Below, piece by piece: positions 34,601 through 46,600 of a DNA stretch of 64,000 nucleotides (the stretch's first letter is position 1; each line of letters begins with the position of its first letter). The DNA is from Vicugna vicugna (Eukaryota): positions 1,056,001-1,120,000 of the forward strand of contig MU058714.1 in the NCBI GenBank assembly GCA_013265495.1, in the 5' to 3' direction. Position numbers and translations under genes: made by a program. Below the pieces are notes generated by a model. That model had not been told where the DNA came from, made no database searches, and saw only the letters and a list, made by a program, of their open reading frames with translations.

Positions 34601-37600
34601 GTGGTTCAGTTCAGCTCGGCTCGGCTCTGCGAGTCCCTCCCTGGGCTCCTGGGAGCACCAGGCTCTGCCACTGGGACCCCGCACGGGGCAGGGGTGAGCC
34701 CGCTGTGCACGGGCTCAGTCTGTCTGGGACCCCGGCATGTGCACCCGCCTGCTGCCTCCTTCGGGCTGCAAGCCGCAGCCCCCACACCACCGGCCACCTC
34801 CATCCCTCCCTCTTCCCACTGGGACCGCCTTCCAGACCCTTCCCCTGACTTGCTCCCACAGAGACAGGGGCTTTGTTCAGGTGTGGTCCGCGCTCCTGCA
34901 CCAGCCTCGAGTCTTCTCACCTGCGGTTTTCTTGCTGCTGCTCCGCGTCATTGGTCACTTGTCACTTCTTTTCTAATGAACTGCAGGTTGTCACCCAGTG
35001 AAACCAAGTGTTAGGAGCCCAGCCTGACCCGAGGGCCTTCCCGGGGCTGATTCTCCGCCGCTGAGGGTGCTGGCGGCTCAGGCTGCTTTTTCTCCCCAGC
35101 TCCACGTCGGGGTGTCCTTGCTTGTTTGTTGGGTGTGGTTTTGTGAGTTTTAAAAGCACAGCGGTGAAATGCTGGGAAGCAGAGGCCTCCGGGGGGCTGG
35201 GCTCTGGAGAGGCCTCAGGGCGCTCGGGGCCGCCTGCCCCCGGCCTCCGGGGCCGCCCTGCTCCGGCCTGGTCCGCTGTCGCTTCTCAGAGCTTGCTCGT
35301 CTTCTGACTTGCTGCCTCACTCCTTTTGGCGTCAGGCAGAGCAGCAGAGACGTCTCAGCACACCCCAGGGTTCTGATTTCGCATTTAGGGTATGAAGGAG
35401 CAGATGTCGTGTCCGGCGCAGCAAGGCCCTTTGTGCCCCTCCTACGGAAGACTCGCGGCGCGTATCCCTAACCTCCCGCGAGGTCCTTCTGATTTGGAAC
35501 AGCACCTCCGCCGCCCTGTTGGAATGGTGCTGGCTCCGCTTCCGCGGTTGGGCCCTCGGGGCAGGAGTTTCCTAAATCAGCACCCCCCACCCCGTCACCT
35601 TGCCAGCCAGCCCTCCCCTGGGTCCCAGGCCCAGCGGCCAGCAGGGGGCAGAGGGAAGAGCTGGGGGCCGTGAACACAGCCGCTTCGGGGGCACCGTGAC
35701 TGCCCCCCGTTGCCGTGTGCTGCTCTGCACCTGCCCTGGGGCCCTGGGCACCCTGACCCAACTGGGGATCCCAAGTCTTCAACACGTGGAGGGGAGGAAC
35801 CTTCTCACCTGAGAATAACCACTTTTAATTGTCCTTTGTTTTGAAGATCCCAGAAGAGCACGACCTGGAGAGCCAGACCCGCAAGGAACGGGAGTGGCGG
35901 TTCCTGCGGAACAGCCGCGTCAGGAAGCAAGCGCGGCAGCTCATCCAGAAGGGTGAGCGGCCCCCAGGCGGCGGAGGGGGAGCTGCTCCAGGGCTGGGTG
36001 CAGGGTGGGGGAGCTGGTCCAGGAGGGCTCCGCGGCCTTGCCTGGGGAGACTCCAGCTCTCCGGGATTGTTGCTAGGGAAGCTCCCATCTGACTGACAGG
36101 CTTCGGACCAGCGTCCCTTCTGCCCCTTGTCAATTCCAGGGCGAAGGAGCGAGCCCTCCGTCCGTGGGCCCTGGCAGTCCAGGCCTGCGCCCTCGCCCTG
36201 GGGATGGGAGACAGTCACCCGGCCCTGGTGGTCCTCACTCAGCTGTATTTCAGCACATTTGCACCAAGCCTTTTACTGAATTTGCCAAGAGGTGCCCAAA
36301 GTGCTTCCTGCTGTGTGCCCCCAGCTCCCCGTCCCCCCGGGGTTTAGTGGTGGTGAGCAATGTGGACGCGTGGGTGCCCAGGGAGCCCCCTCACCTTAGC
36401 TGCAGGCCCCCACCAGGAACTGAAGCAGGGAGGGAGGGGCAGCGAGGGCCTCCACCCAGTGGTCAGGATGGGGACAGAGCACGGGCAGCTGGCCTGGGAG
36501 CCAACCCAGCCCCGCAGCCCGGTGTGTGGGGAGCGGGGCAGGCTCAGCTCCCCTGAGCCTTCGGCGCTGGGCTGGCTCTGATGGGGCACTGGCCCTGCCG
36601 GGCCTCGTCCTCCCAGAAGCAATGAGGTTTGGGCAGCACTTGGTTGGGAGCTCTCCCTGGGAAACACCTCGGGTCACGTTCCGTTAACACGGGGTCACTC
36701 CTGCTGAAGCTAATCTTGGCTGTTCACGACCCGCTGGGCCTCTGCAGAGGCGCTGCCACCGCTCAGGAACAGGCTTCAGCGTCCGCAGCTTCCCCGGGGG
36801 AGCGAGTGAGCCGCCCAGTTTGACAGGCGCTCCCTGACCTACAGCGTCAGGGGCTGCTTTCTGGAGGGTGGCGGTGCTTCAGGACCCCGGGCCTCCGGGA
36901 GGGGACAGCAGGACACGTGGGTTTCCCTGTCGCCGAGGCAGCCACACGCGGTCTGGCGTCTGGAGGCAAATGGACCTGCCAGTGAAGGCCAGGCTCTGGT
37001 CAGCGCTGAGCCAGGAGTGAAGGCAGAACCAGGCTTTCCAGACCAAAACATAAGAAATGGAGTGTATTCGTAAACCGGGGCAGGGATTCTCCTTTCTGGT
37101 CTTTGTGGGAAAAACAGACGTGCTTGTCAAAAACACACTAAGAGAAGCCACTGAGCCACAGGCAGTGCTGGCAGGGGGCGTGCAGACGGCAGAGACCCGC
37201 CTCGGGGCCTGGCCTCCCGGGGTTGTGGTTTTGTCTGCGGCCAGCTGCAAGCTGGGGCATGTGAACGCTGAAGGCTGCCGGCAGGTCAGCAGGGCCTCGG
37301 CAGCGCTAACCCCCCTCCTCTCTCCGTGACCCCCTCAGCCGTCCCCCCATGACACCCGTGAGCCCGCCGCCGTCCACCAGCCTGTGCGTGTGTGCAGAGC
37401 GCCCACAGTGCCCACTCCTTTCACGGTCGAATCGGCCCCATCCTGGCTCCCTCCAGGGGAACCCGTGGCTGAGGGCGAAGGCAGCTCTGGGCAGCAGTTA
37501 AACCCTCTGGGGCCCTTCCTGATCAGCAGATGGTTTCAGCGTCGGCCAGTTTAGCAAAAGAAGGCGGCCAAGGACTGAAACCGTGGGTGACAGCAGCTCA

Positions 37601-40600
37601 CCTAGCCAGCGCCAGGATCACGCAGTGTGGCTGTCACAGCCACTCTCCTGTGCGCCACCTGAGACCTGCATCCAGCAGCCAAGGAAGGGGTGACGCCAGA
37701 GCCTGAGGGTCACGGGGTGACGCCGGGGCCTGAGGGTCACGGGCTGCCCGCCCTCCGCGACAAGGCAGGGCCGAGAGGCCCGGCCCCAGCTGCTCTGATG
37801 AGTCGTGTGGTCCTCCAGACGTTGTCTGAGTCCATCTGATGCTCTGACCGTTTTTAGCCTCTGTCTGTTCCTCTGAACCCCCTTCAGAGCCGCGAGGGCT
37901 TGTTTCCGAGGCCCTGTTTCAGGGCTGGTGAAAATTCCCTGTCCTCCTCTCTGAGATTCCTGACCATCTGTCCTTCAGTCGCATCGTTTCAAGGTCACTA
38001 TCTTTCTGGACTGGAGCCCCCCCGGGCGGTGGCTGGACTGCAGGCAGTGCCGGCCAGACCGAGGCTTCCACCTTGGGTCTGAGTTACCAGACGCAGCCTC
38101 ACTGAGCTTTGTTCAAGGCCTTCAGTGCGCTCTTCGTAAACCCTAACCAGATGGCACTGGTCTGAGTGCGACTGGCACAGTGGCCCCTGCTCCCCTCTGC
38201 ACCCCTCCAGGTCCCCGGACACGAGGGTTGGTGGCGGCCTTGGTAATATGCGTCGTCAGCATTCACTGCGAGCTGAGACCCACCGTCCTGTTTCCCTCGG
38301 CAGGTATCACCAGACTGGATGACCAGATATTCCTGAACAGGAACCCTGGCGTCCCCTCCGTGGTCAAGTTTCACCCCTTCACGCCGTGCGTGGCCGTGGC
38401 CGACAAAGACAGCATCTGGTATGTGGGTGCCTGTGGGCTGACGAGCAGGTGCCCCCCGCCCCGCGCGCCCTCCTGGCCTGGAAGCAGCTCGTCCCGCGCC
38501 TTTGGGCTGTTTCAGGGGAAGGGGCTCAGAACTTGCGGAGAAACATCCCTCCTGCTGGCGTTGCCCACGCCACCTCCCCTGCCCCGGGCCTGCGCTTGGC
38601 CCCCTCACCCGCGCTCCAGGGTTCTGACCACGGTGACACGCGGGCCGTGACGGGTGCTTCCGGCACTTAGACGGGCTGTTCCTGGCGCACGGGGGCATCA
38701 GGACCCACAGTGGGGGCCTGCGGGGGGCACGCTCACGGGCGGGTGCAGCAAGTGTGCGATGGAGCCTTAGCAACGAGACCACGTTCAGTCATAGCGAGGG
38801 CGGCCCTGACGCTGTGGAGAAAGTGCTCGCTTGGTTGGGGAGGATCACAGGCAGCTCCCATCACGGCCTGTGAAACGCAGGGTCCCCTCTGTGGCTGATT
38901 CCTCTGCTTTCCTGGCAGTAAACATACGTTTAGAGGAACTCACCGTCTTCGCCGTTCTCGAGAGCACGGGCATTAAGCACGCTCGGCTTGCTCTGCAGCC
39001 GTCGCCGCCGCCGTCCCTCATCTTCCCCCCACCCCGGCCCCCGTCGTCCTCCTCTCGCTCTCTGTGGGCTTCTCTGTCCGTGCGCCTCACGGAGGTGGAG
39101 TCACACGGGATTCGTCCTTCTGTGTCTGGCTTGTTCCACTGAGCAGTGTCCTCAAGGTTCACCCGTGTGGTAGCGGGTGTCAGGACGTCCTTCCCTCCTG
39201 GGACAGGACAGGTTCCGTGTGGATGGACCACAGTTTGTTTGGTCCTTCACCAGATGCCAGGCGCTGGGTCGCCTCCGCCTTGTGACTGCTGCGAATGGCG
39301 CCGCTGTGACCTGGGCGCAGGCACCTGCAGGCGCGCCCACGGGGCCCGGGAGCACGTGGAGCCTCTGTGCCCGGCCATCTGGGGGCCCCGCCCCCGCTTC
39401 CCGCCGCGGCCGTGCCCCGTTGCACTGCCGCCAGCGCCGCTCGGCTTCTGGGCAGCGCTCGTGCCTCCCTGTGTTCTCGATGGCGCCGACCTGGTGGGGG
39501 CGCGGTGGTCGCTTCTTGTGGGCTTGTTTGCGTCTCCCTGATCCCCGCCTTTTTCCTCTCTTACTCCCTGAAGCTTTTGGGACTGGGAGAAAGGGGAGAA
39601 GCTGGATTATTTCCACAACGGGAACCCTCGGTACACGCGGGTCACCGCCATGGAGTATCTGAACGGCCAGGACTGCTCTCTCCTGCTCACGGCCACGGGT
39701 GAGTGGGGTTGGCCTGGTGGGGACCCAAACCCCGATGCGGAGGTGAAGGCGGGCAGGTTCGAGACCCCAGCACGAGCTCACCCGGAGGGTCCTGCAACCC
39801 CAACCACTTCTTCTGGCGGAGGGGACTGACTGCTTCCAGGTGAAGGCCCCCGCCACGTCACTGAAGAGTTAAGAGGGGAAGGGCTTTACCCACAGGTGAC
39901 AGGGGAAGCAGTGTTGGGCAGTGTCTCGGGGACCATATCCTCACCTGGCGCTTCCCTGCCCAGGAAAGGCACCCTCGGTCTCTGTCCTCCGGGACACCCA
40001 CGGAGGCCGGCAAGGGGGTCTCGGGACACTGAGGGCGAGCAGGGCAGGCCCAGCGGGACTCGTGCCAGGGCTCGCAGCCCATCACATGGCCAAGGGGAGC
40101 CAGGGAGCTGGGCGTCTAGGCTCACTGCCCTGCGACCCCATCCTGGCCTGGCCTGTCGGACCCGGCCGGGCCTGGGCCTCGGAGCTGTAGAGATAGTTGA
40201 GCTGTTTGCACTGACAACCTTCCTTTCTCTTCTTTGAAGTGCACCTGGGCCCCCCGTGTAGGGCACACCTGTGGGGAGAGGTCCTGCTGACAGCCCCCCG
40301 CTGCTGCAGGCTCAGGTGGTGGGGTGCGGGCAGGCGGCATGGCCAGCGAGGGGCTAAGCACGGGTCACACTTAGCCTCTCTGTGAGCCCGCGGAGGCAGA
40401 GAGAGCGGGTCCCGGCTCAGGGACAGCACGGGCAGCCGAGGGCCCTTCAGGTGTGGGATCCCGGGGAGAGGCAGGGCCAGGCTTGAGTTCTCAGCTGGAG
40501 CTTCGCTTCGCAGGGGTGGGGGCGACGGGCAGCCAGGTGGAGGTCGGGACTCAGTCGTCCACCGTTTCCTGAGTCGTGCGGGGCACAGACAGGAGGCCGG

Positions 40601-43600
40601 AGAGAGAGGCCCTGTACCGTCCCCCGGGGGGAGACTGGCTTGGTGGGTGGAGGCCCAGCCCTGAGGCCCTCGCTCTGCCCTGCGGCTCCCAACAAGGTCC
40701 CGGCCCACACCCCAGAGCACAGGCTTGCGCTTTAACCTCCTCTTCTCTTCCCAAGATGACGGCGCCATCAGGGTCTGGAAGAACTTCGCCGATTTGGAAA
40801 AGAATCCGGAAATGGTGACGGCCTGGCAGGGGCTCTCCGACATGCTGCCCACTACCCGAGGTGGGTGCTCCCCTACCTGGAGGTGCCGCAGGCGCCCTGT
40901 CCACCCAGACTCCTCGGGTCACCCCCACCAGCTTCCTGCTCGGGGGACGGCCCCTGGCGGGCAGAGGTCCCGCTGCGCTCTGACCAGCCCACCACCCGTG
41001 TCCCCAGCTTCTGCCGCAGGGCCTGGCTGCGTTCTGTGTTCTCTGCACCCGTTAACCTGCTTGGTGCTGAGTGCATGGGGCTCCCGTGTGCCTGGTCCCT
41101 GAGGGAGGACGCGTGCGCAGCCCCTTGGTGGGCACGGCCGCCCCTCGGCCACGGTGAGAGCACCGTCCCCCGCTGTGCCCGCGCGCTCAGCCTGGCGCTC
41201 AGCCCTTGCACGGCGTTTACTTACGCAGCTGCCAGGCTGTGTTCCCCGGGTCCAGTGTGGATGCAGGGCCCCCACCGAGTGGAAGCAGGAGCAGCTCACG
41301 GTCGGCCCTGCAGCTAGGTTTCTGCGTGGCCCCATGTGGCCCCACGGCTGGGGTTCTGCGTGGCCCCCGTGTGGCACTGAGTGGCCCTGCAGCTGGGGTT
41401 CTGCGTGGCCCTGTGGCTGGGGTATTCTGCGTGACCCCATGTGGCCCCACGGCTGGGGTTCTGCGTGGCCCTGTGGCTGGGGTTCTGCGTGGCCCCCGGG
41501 TGGCACTGAGTGGCCCTGCAGCTGGGGTTCTGCGTGGCCCTGTGGCTGGGGTTCTGCGTGGCCCCGTGTGGCACTGAGTGGCCCTGCAGCTGGGGTTCTG
41601 TGTGGCCCTGTGGCTGGGCTCTTCGCAGCGGACGCCCACGGGGCCACTTCTCTGCCTCCACCCGAGCACCTGTCCTAGGGAGATGCTGACTCTCGGGCGC
41701 GGCTGCTGCAGAGCAGACACTTCTTTATTTGTTAATTTCTCAAGTCAGCCATGTTTTTACATGTCCTTCAGACAAAACAGCCATTTCTTGTTGCCGGATC
41801 TCTGGGCCGGTCCTGTGCCAACGTGGTGACAGTGCCTCACAGGGTCCCTCGTCTCTCTCCTGCTTTTTCCCATCTTCAAGCCAAAGCCTGCCCAGCAGCC
41901 CCACCTCCCACTCGCTCAGTGCAACCCCAGCCTGGAGCTGGCGGGTCTGCAGGGGGCCAGGTTCCAGACCGAGCAGGTGTCTAATGGCCTCACCGGGTTC
42001 CCGGGTGTTCACGCCCACAGGTGTCACTGCGGGACCCTCTGGCTGAGTCAAATCATAGTTTTCAGTCCTTAGTTTCCTGCAGCCGTCCCAGCAGGCGGCA
42101 TGCCCCAGGCTCCAGCCATTCCACCAGCCCCTCGACGCACACCTCAGTGCAGGAGGGCAGGGCCGGGCTGTTGCAGAGCAGGTCAGGGCTTCTGGCTGGG
42201 CCGGAGGATGGGACGGCTCGGGAGACCTGCTGTGGTCTGGCTTCTTCCTCCGCAGCTGCCCAACTGCCGCCCCAGGAGAGGTGTGTGTGGTTTCTTGCCC
42301 ACAAAGCCACTTGCCTTTCCCCCAGTGCGTGTGTGGGGGCGCCCAGCGGGGGACGGCGTGCCGGGGGTTGCCTAGCTGGGAGGGAAGGAGGCCGAGGTGA
42401 GTGAACTGACCCTCGCACTGTCTCGGGGTGCCCCAGCACTTGTCCCCAGCTCGTGAGCGGACGTCACATGTGGGTGGAGAGCCACCCCAGCCCAGGTGTG
42501 CACTGCATCCCTAACGTGAGAGTGGGTTCCACCAGTGTTTCCTACCAGCTCCTGCTGGACCCTCTGCCTTTCCCAGGTTTTCAGAAATCTCCCCGGGAGA
42601 GGCGTGGTTGGCGAGGGGCCAGGGAGCTGTTGGGGGTCTCACCTCCAGGTCTTCGTCAGCAGGTGGGGGGAGAGGGCTTTGGGCAGGTTCATTTGGTCCA
42701 TCCCCTGCCTTCCAGTCAGGCAGCAGTGGGCGTAGCAAAGAGGAAGGTGTTATTTCCTTGTTCTTTGAGGGCAGGGAAGGGGTGGAAGGACCCAGAGCCT
42801 GGGGTTGAGACAGGAAGGCTTGTGTCTGCAGGGCCAGGAGGGGCGCCTGAGAACCCGCAGCCCAGCAGCCTGGCCAGCTCTCAGCCCCACACCCTCCAGC
42901 CCCCGCAGCCCCCCTCTGTGGCGAGGGGCCCACAGCCCTGTCAGGGCCCGAGAGGCCCCCCTGTTCTCATTTACTCTTGAGGAGCTCGAGCTCGGTAACC
43001 AAGGGGCGGGTCTGGTGGGGTCCCGGCCCCTGTGCCGACTTCTGGTAGCCTTCCGCCCGCCAGCACCGGGCTGCCTTCTCTTTGCCCATCCCGAGAGGCA
43101 GTCTGGCCTCTGACCGGACACACTCAAAGCCGTGGCTGCAGCCCTGGGGGGAGACCCAACAACTTCCACAGACATTGCTTTTAGGCACCTGGGGCACGTC
43201 CGCAGCGCGAGACCCTTCAGAGTGCCAGCTGCATCCCCCAGGACTGTCTCAGGCAGAGGCCGCAGCCCCCACTCCCTGCTCCGGGTGACCTCTCGGGGCA
43301 CGGGGCACTCTGTTCTCCTCACCGGGCCTCTGTGAGCAGTGTGTGTGGAAGAGGGGCGCTGTCAACAGCTCCTCCACGCGCCCGTGGCAGGGGTCCTGCA
43401 CAGCCGTGAGCCCCAGAGGCCTGGCCCACCAAGTCCTTCAGCCGCAGAGGGCATGGGGCGGGGGGGGTCTCGTCCTCTGCACACTGATGTGCAGGGCGCA
43501 TGGCGGGGAGGGCAGTGGGTCAGGAGACCCGGAGGACCTCGCATGCCCTCGGTGGTTAGCTCTGCCTGCAGGGTCTCCCCTGTGCTCGGAATCCACTCAC

Positions 43601-46600
43601 CAGGTCGCTGTCTTGGCAAAGATTTGTTTGCAAAGATTTGATTCCGTGGTTTATGGCTAAAGAGAAGTCTGTTCCCACAGGAGCCCCACCCCTGCTTTCC
43701 GGAAGTTGTGTGAAATGTGCAGGGTGTCGGCGTCATCCTGGCGTGCCTCTGGCTCCGTGTGTGCACGTGCGCACATGCATGGACGTGCACACGTGAGCAC
43801 ACAGACTCGTGCACACACTGCAGTTAGCCTGGGGACGCTGCCCCCTCAGGCTCCCCGCAGCCCGGCTGCCTGGCCATGCCCTGGAGCTGCACGCCTGGAG
43901 CTGCGTGCGCCCTGTTCTGTGGGACGTCCCTTCCTCTGGCCACCGCGCCCAGATGCCTGGACGGCACCTCCCAGGCCTCCTCGCTGGCCGCCAGGCCCCC
44001 CGGGGATGAAGAGCTGTCCTGGTGCTGAGACCCCGGACAGAGGCGCCATCTGCCCTCCTGTGGCCGCCGCGCTGCTCCTGCTCCGGCGCGGCCGGGTCAA
44101 CCCCTGCCGGCTTGGCTGCGCTAACCGTGTGCGCGCCTGGCACTAACCTCCATTCACTCGAAGTGCCGCCAGCCTGTTTCAGCCAAGTCACGGCACCTCC
44201 CAGGTTCCCAGCCAGTGAGAGACTCCCTTTTTAGCCAGAAACCCTGACAGTTGGGTCTTCACTTCTGTAGGTCCGTCTTCGCTGAGATGGACAGGCTGGC
44301 CCGTCTCCTCCGGCTGAGGCTGCCCCTGGGCGGCTGTCAGCGCCTCCCCTGGCTTCCTCTGACCCACTGCCGTGTGTCTGACTGGGGCTGATTTGGCTCT
44401 GGCTGGCCAGCTTGCCCTCGCATCAAACCCATAATCCCTGTTTCCTCGCAGGTCTGGCACGAAAGGTCTCGATCTATCTTGACCGCAGTAAGCAGGGAGG
44501 TGAGTGCCTTGTGTCTTGCCTGTGAGTGCCCAGGGTGGGAGCTGGCGCCTGTCACTCGCCCGCCAAGCTGTTCCGCCTGCCGAGGTTAGGACTGGTTTTC
44601 TTACTTGCTCCCTCCGTGCAGTCTCCTTAGTACAGAAGCTGAGCACTCGGGCCTCTTGGGGCCAGGGACCTCATGGGGCCAGGGACCTCATGGGGCCGGC
44701 CAGGCGCCTGCGTGAGGCTCTGGGGAGGAACCTCAGTGAAAGCCGGGGGCAGGACCAATCCTCGTCCCGAAGGCGCGGCTCCAGCCCGGCCAGCCGCGAG
44801 CTGCGTCTCTCCCGTCTTCCTTGGTGGCCTCACCCTTGGGCTCATCCTGTCCTCAAGGACAGCCCAGTTCTCATCCTGCTCCAGGCCACCCTCGTGACAG
44901 CCGGGAACAGAAAACAGCCCAGACCCACGCCTGCTGTAGCGGGGCCGCCTCCCGCAGCGGCTCAGTTCCCGCCAGGCGGGAGGCCCGGCTCCGCAGGCTC
45001 ACCGGAAGGGCACAGCTTGGTCCCGTTGGCACAGAGAAGTCGTTCAGTCTGAGATTTGTGTTCCCGCCACATTTTTCAAAATAGAATCTTTTTCAGAACT
45101 TAATGCCAAGTCTCTGGCAGCATCTGTTTCCATCTGAAAATCCACGTGTAAGTTTGATAGTTGCCCGTGGATGCACGCGGCAGAGCTGGGTTAGCAAACT
45201 GAGAAGACCCGCGCTGCGAGGTGCCCCTTTCTGTCTCGGCCTCGCTGTTGGGGTAAACTGTAAAGAGATGGGGTGTTACGAATCCAGGCAGCAGAGAGAA
45301 CGCCTGAGCTATAACGTGCAGGGTCCGAGGTAGAGTGTGAGCCGCGTCTTGGTGAACTTCCTGTCCGGGTCGTGGGGAGTCGCTCTTTGCGGTGACCATG
45401 TCCCCTGCAGGAGGGCGGACATGGCCCCAGGGCCCCTGCTGCCGGCAGAAATGGGGGGGGCGGGGGCAGCGGAGGCTGAGAAGGAGAAGTTCCTACAGAC
45501 GTGTGGACTCACACTTTCTATTTCACAAAGGACTCTTCAGGTAAAAAGCTCAACATGCAGCAAAGGCCTTAGAAGAGCGGAAACCCGAGGGCCCTGCCTC
45601 CCCACTCCGCTTACCCGGCGGTGGCAGTGACCGGAGGGCGGCTCTCGGGAGGGCTCCTCACAGTCTCAGAGACGCGACAGCGTCCCGTTCCCTGAAGCCC
45701 TGAAGAAGGGCCGGAGGACGCCCTTCTCGTGGGGCTGGGACCGGGGGAGTCAGGACAGGGCAGCTGCAGCCCCGGAGAGGGGTGAGCAGGTTGCCCAGCA
45801 CTGGTGTGTGTGACCTGGACGTAAACCCTGGGCCTCTGGTCTGGGAGCAGCTGGGCAGCAGGCTGGGCGAGGCTGCGAAGAGGGCTGATGTGGACGGCGG
45901 GGCAAGGGTCACAGGCGCCCACACCCTCCCCACGCCGCCCTCCTCCTCCAGGGTCACAGGCAATCCAGAGTCTAGTTAGCAGGACCCGGTGGACGGGAAG
46001 GCCTCTCAGTGCAGGAGGCAGATGGATGAGGCCCAGTGGCTGCTCTCTCGGGCCCAGGCCAGGACCAGCAGGTGTTCACAGGGCACCAGAAGGAGGCCTG
46101 GCCCCGTGGGGGGCTCTGCGTCTGTGTCCCTGGGGAGGGGACAGGAGTTGCCATCCCACAGGTCTGAGGTTCTCACGTGTACCTGGTGGGGCAGGCCCTG
46201 GTCCTCCTCCTTGGCGTTCCAGAACTGTAGCCCCCGAGGGCCTCTTTCAGGATGACAGATCCCTAGGGGTCAGTTCCAGATGACCAGTCCTTAGGGATCA
46301 GGTTCACCTGGCAGGTCCTCAGAGGTCAAGTCCACATTGGGGTCTCTGAGGTCTGTTCCAGAAGACAGGGTCCTCAGGTTCGTCTGGACTGCCCACTGAG
46401 CCTGGAGGCTGATCGCAGACACCACAGGGACATGAGCCTCTGAAACGGCGTGTCTCTCACGTCGCTGTCCGCTGGGCCCACGGTGCTGTCCAGCCTGACT
46501 CTTTCCGGCTTCCTGTCCAACCACCCCTGCTCCGTGCATCCGTAGTTTAGTGAAGAAATTCCCTCTTGGGCTAGTTTTTGGACCAGAACACGTGACCAGG

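Noticed and set aside
41154..41720. Repetitive ORFs (WGSAWPCG..., GHAEPQPQ...) and CRISPR-like periodicity
   Set aside because: These are translations of the minisatellite; units are adjacent with no unique spacers, there are no cas genes and the DNA is mammalian
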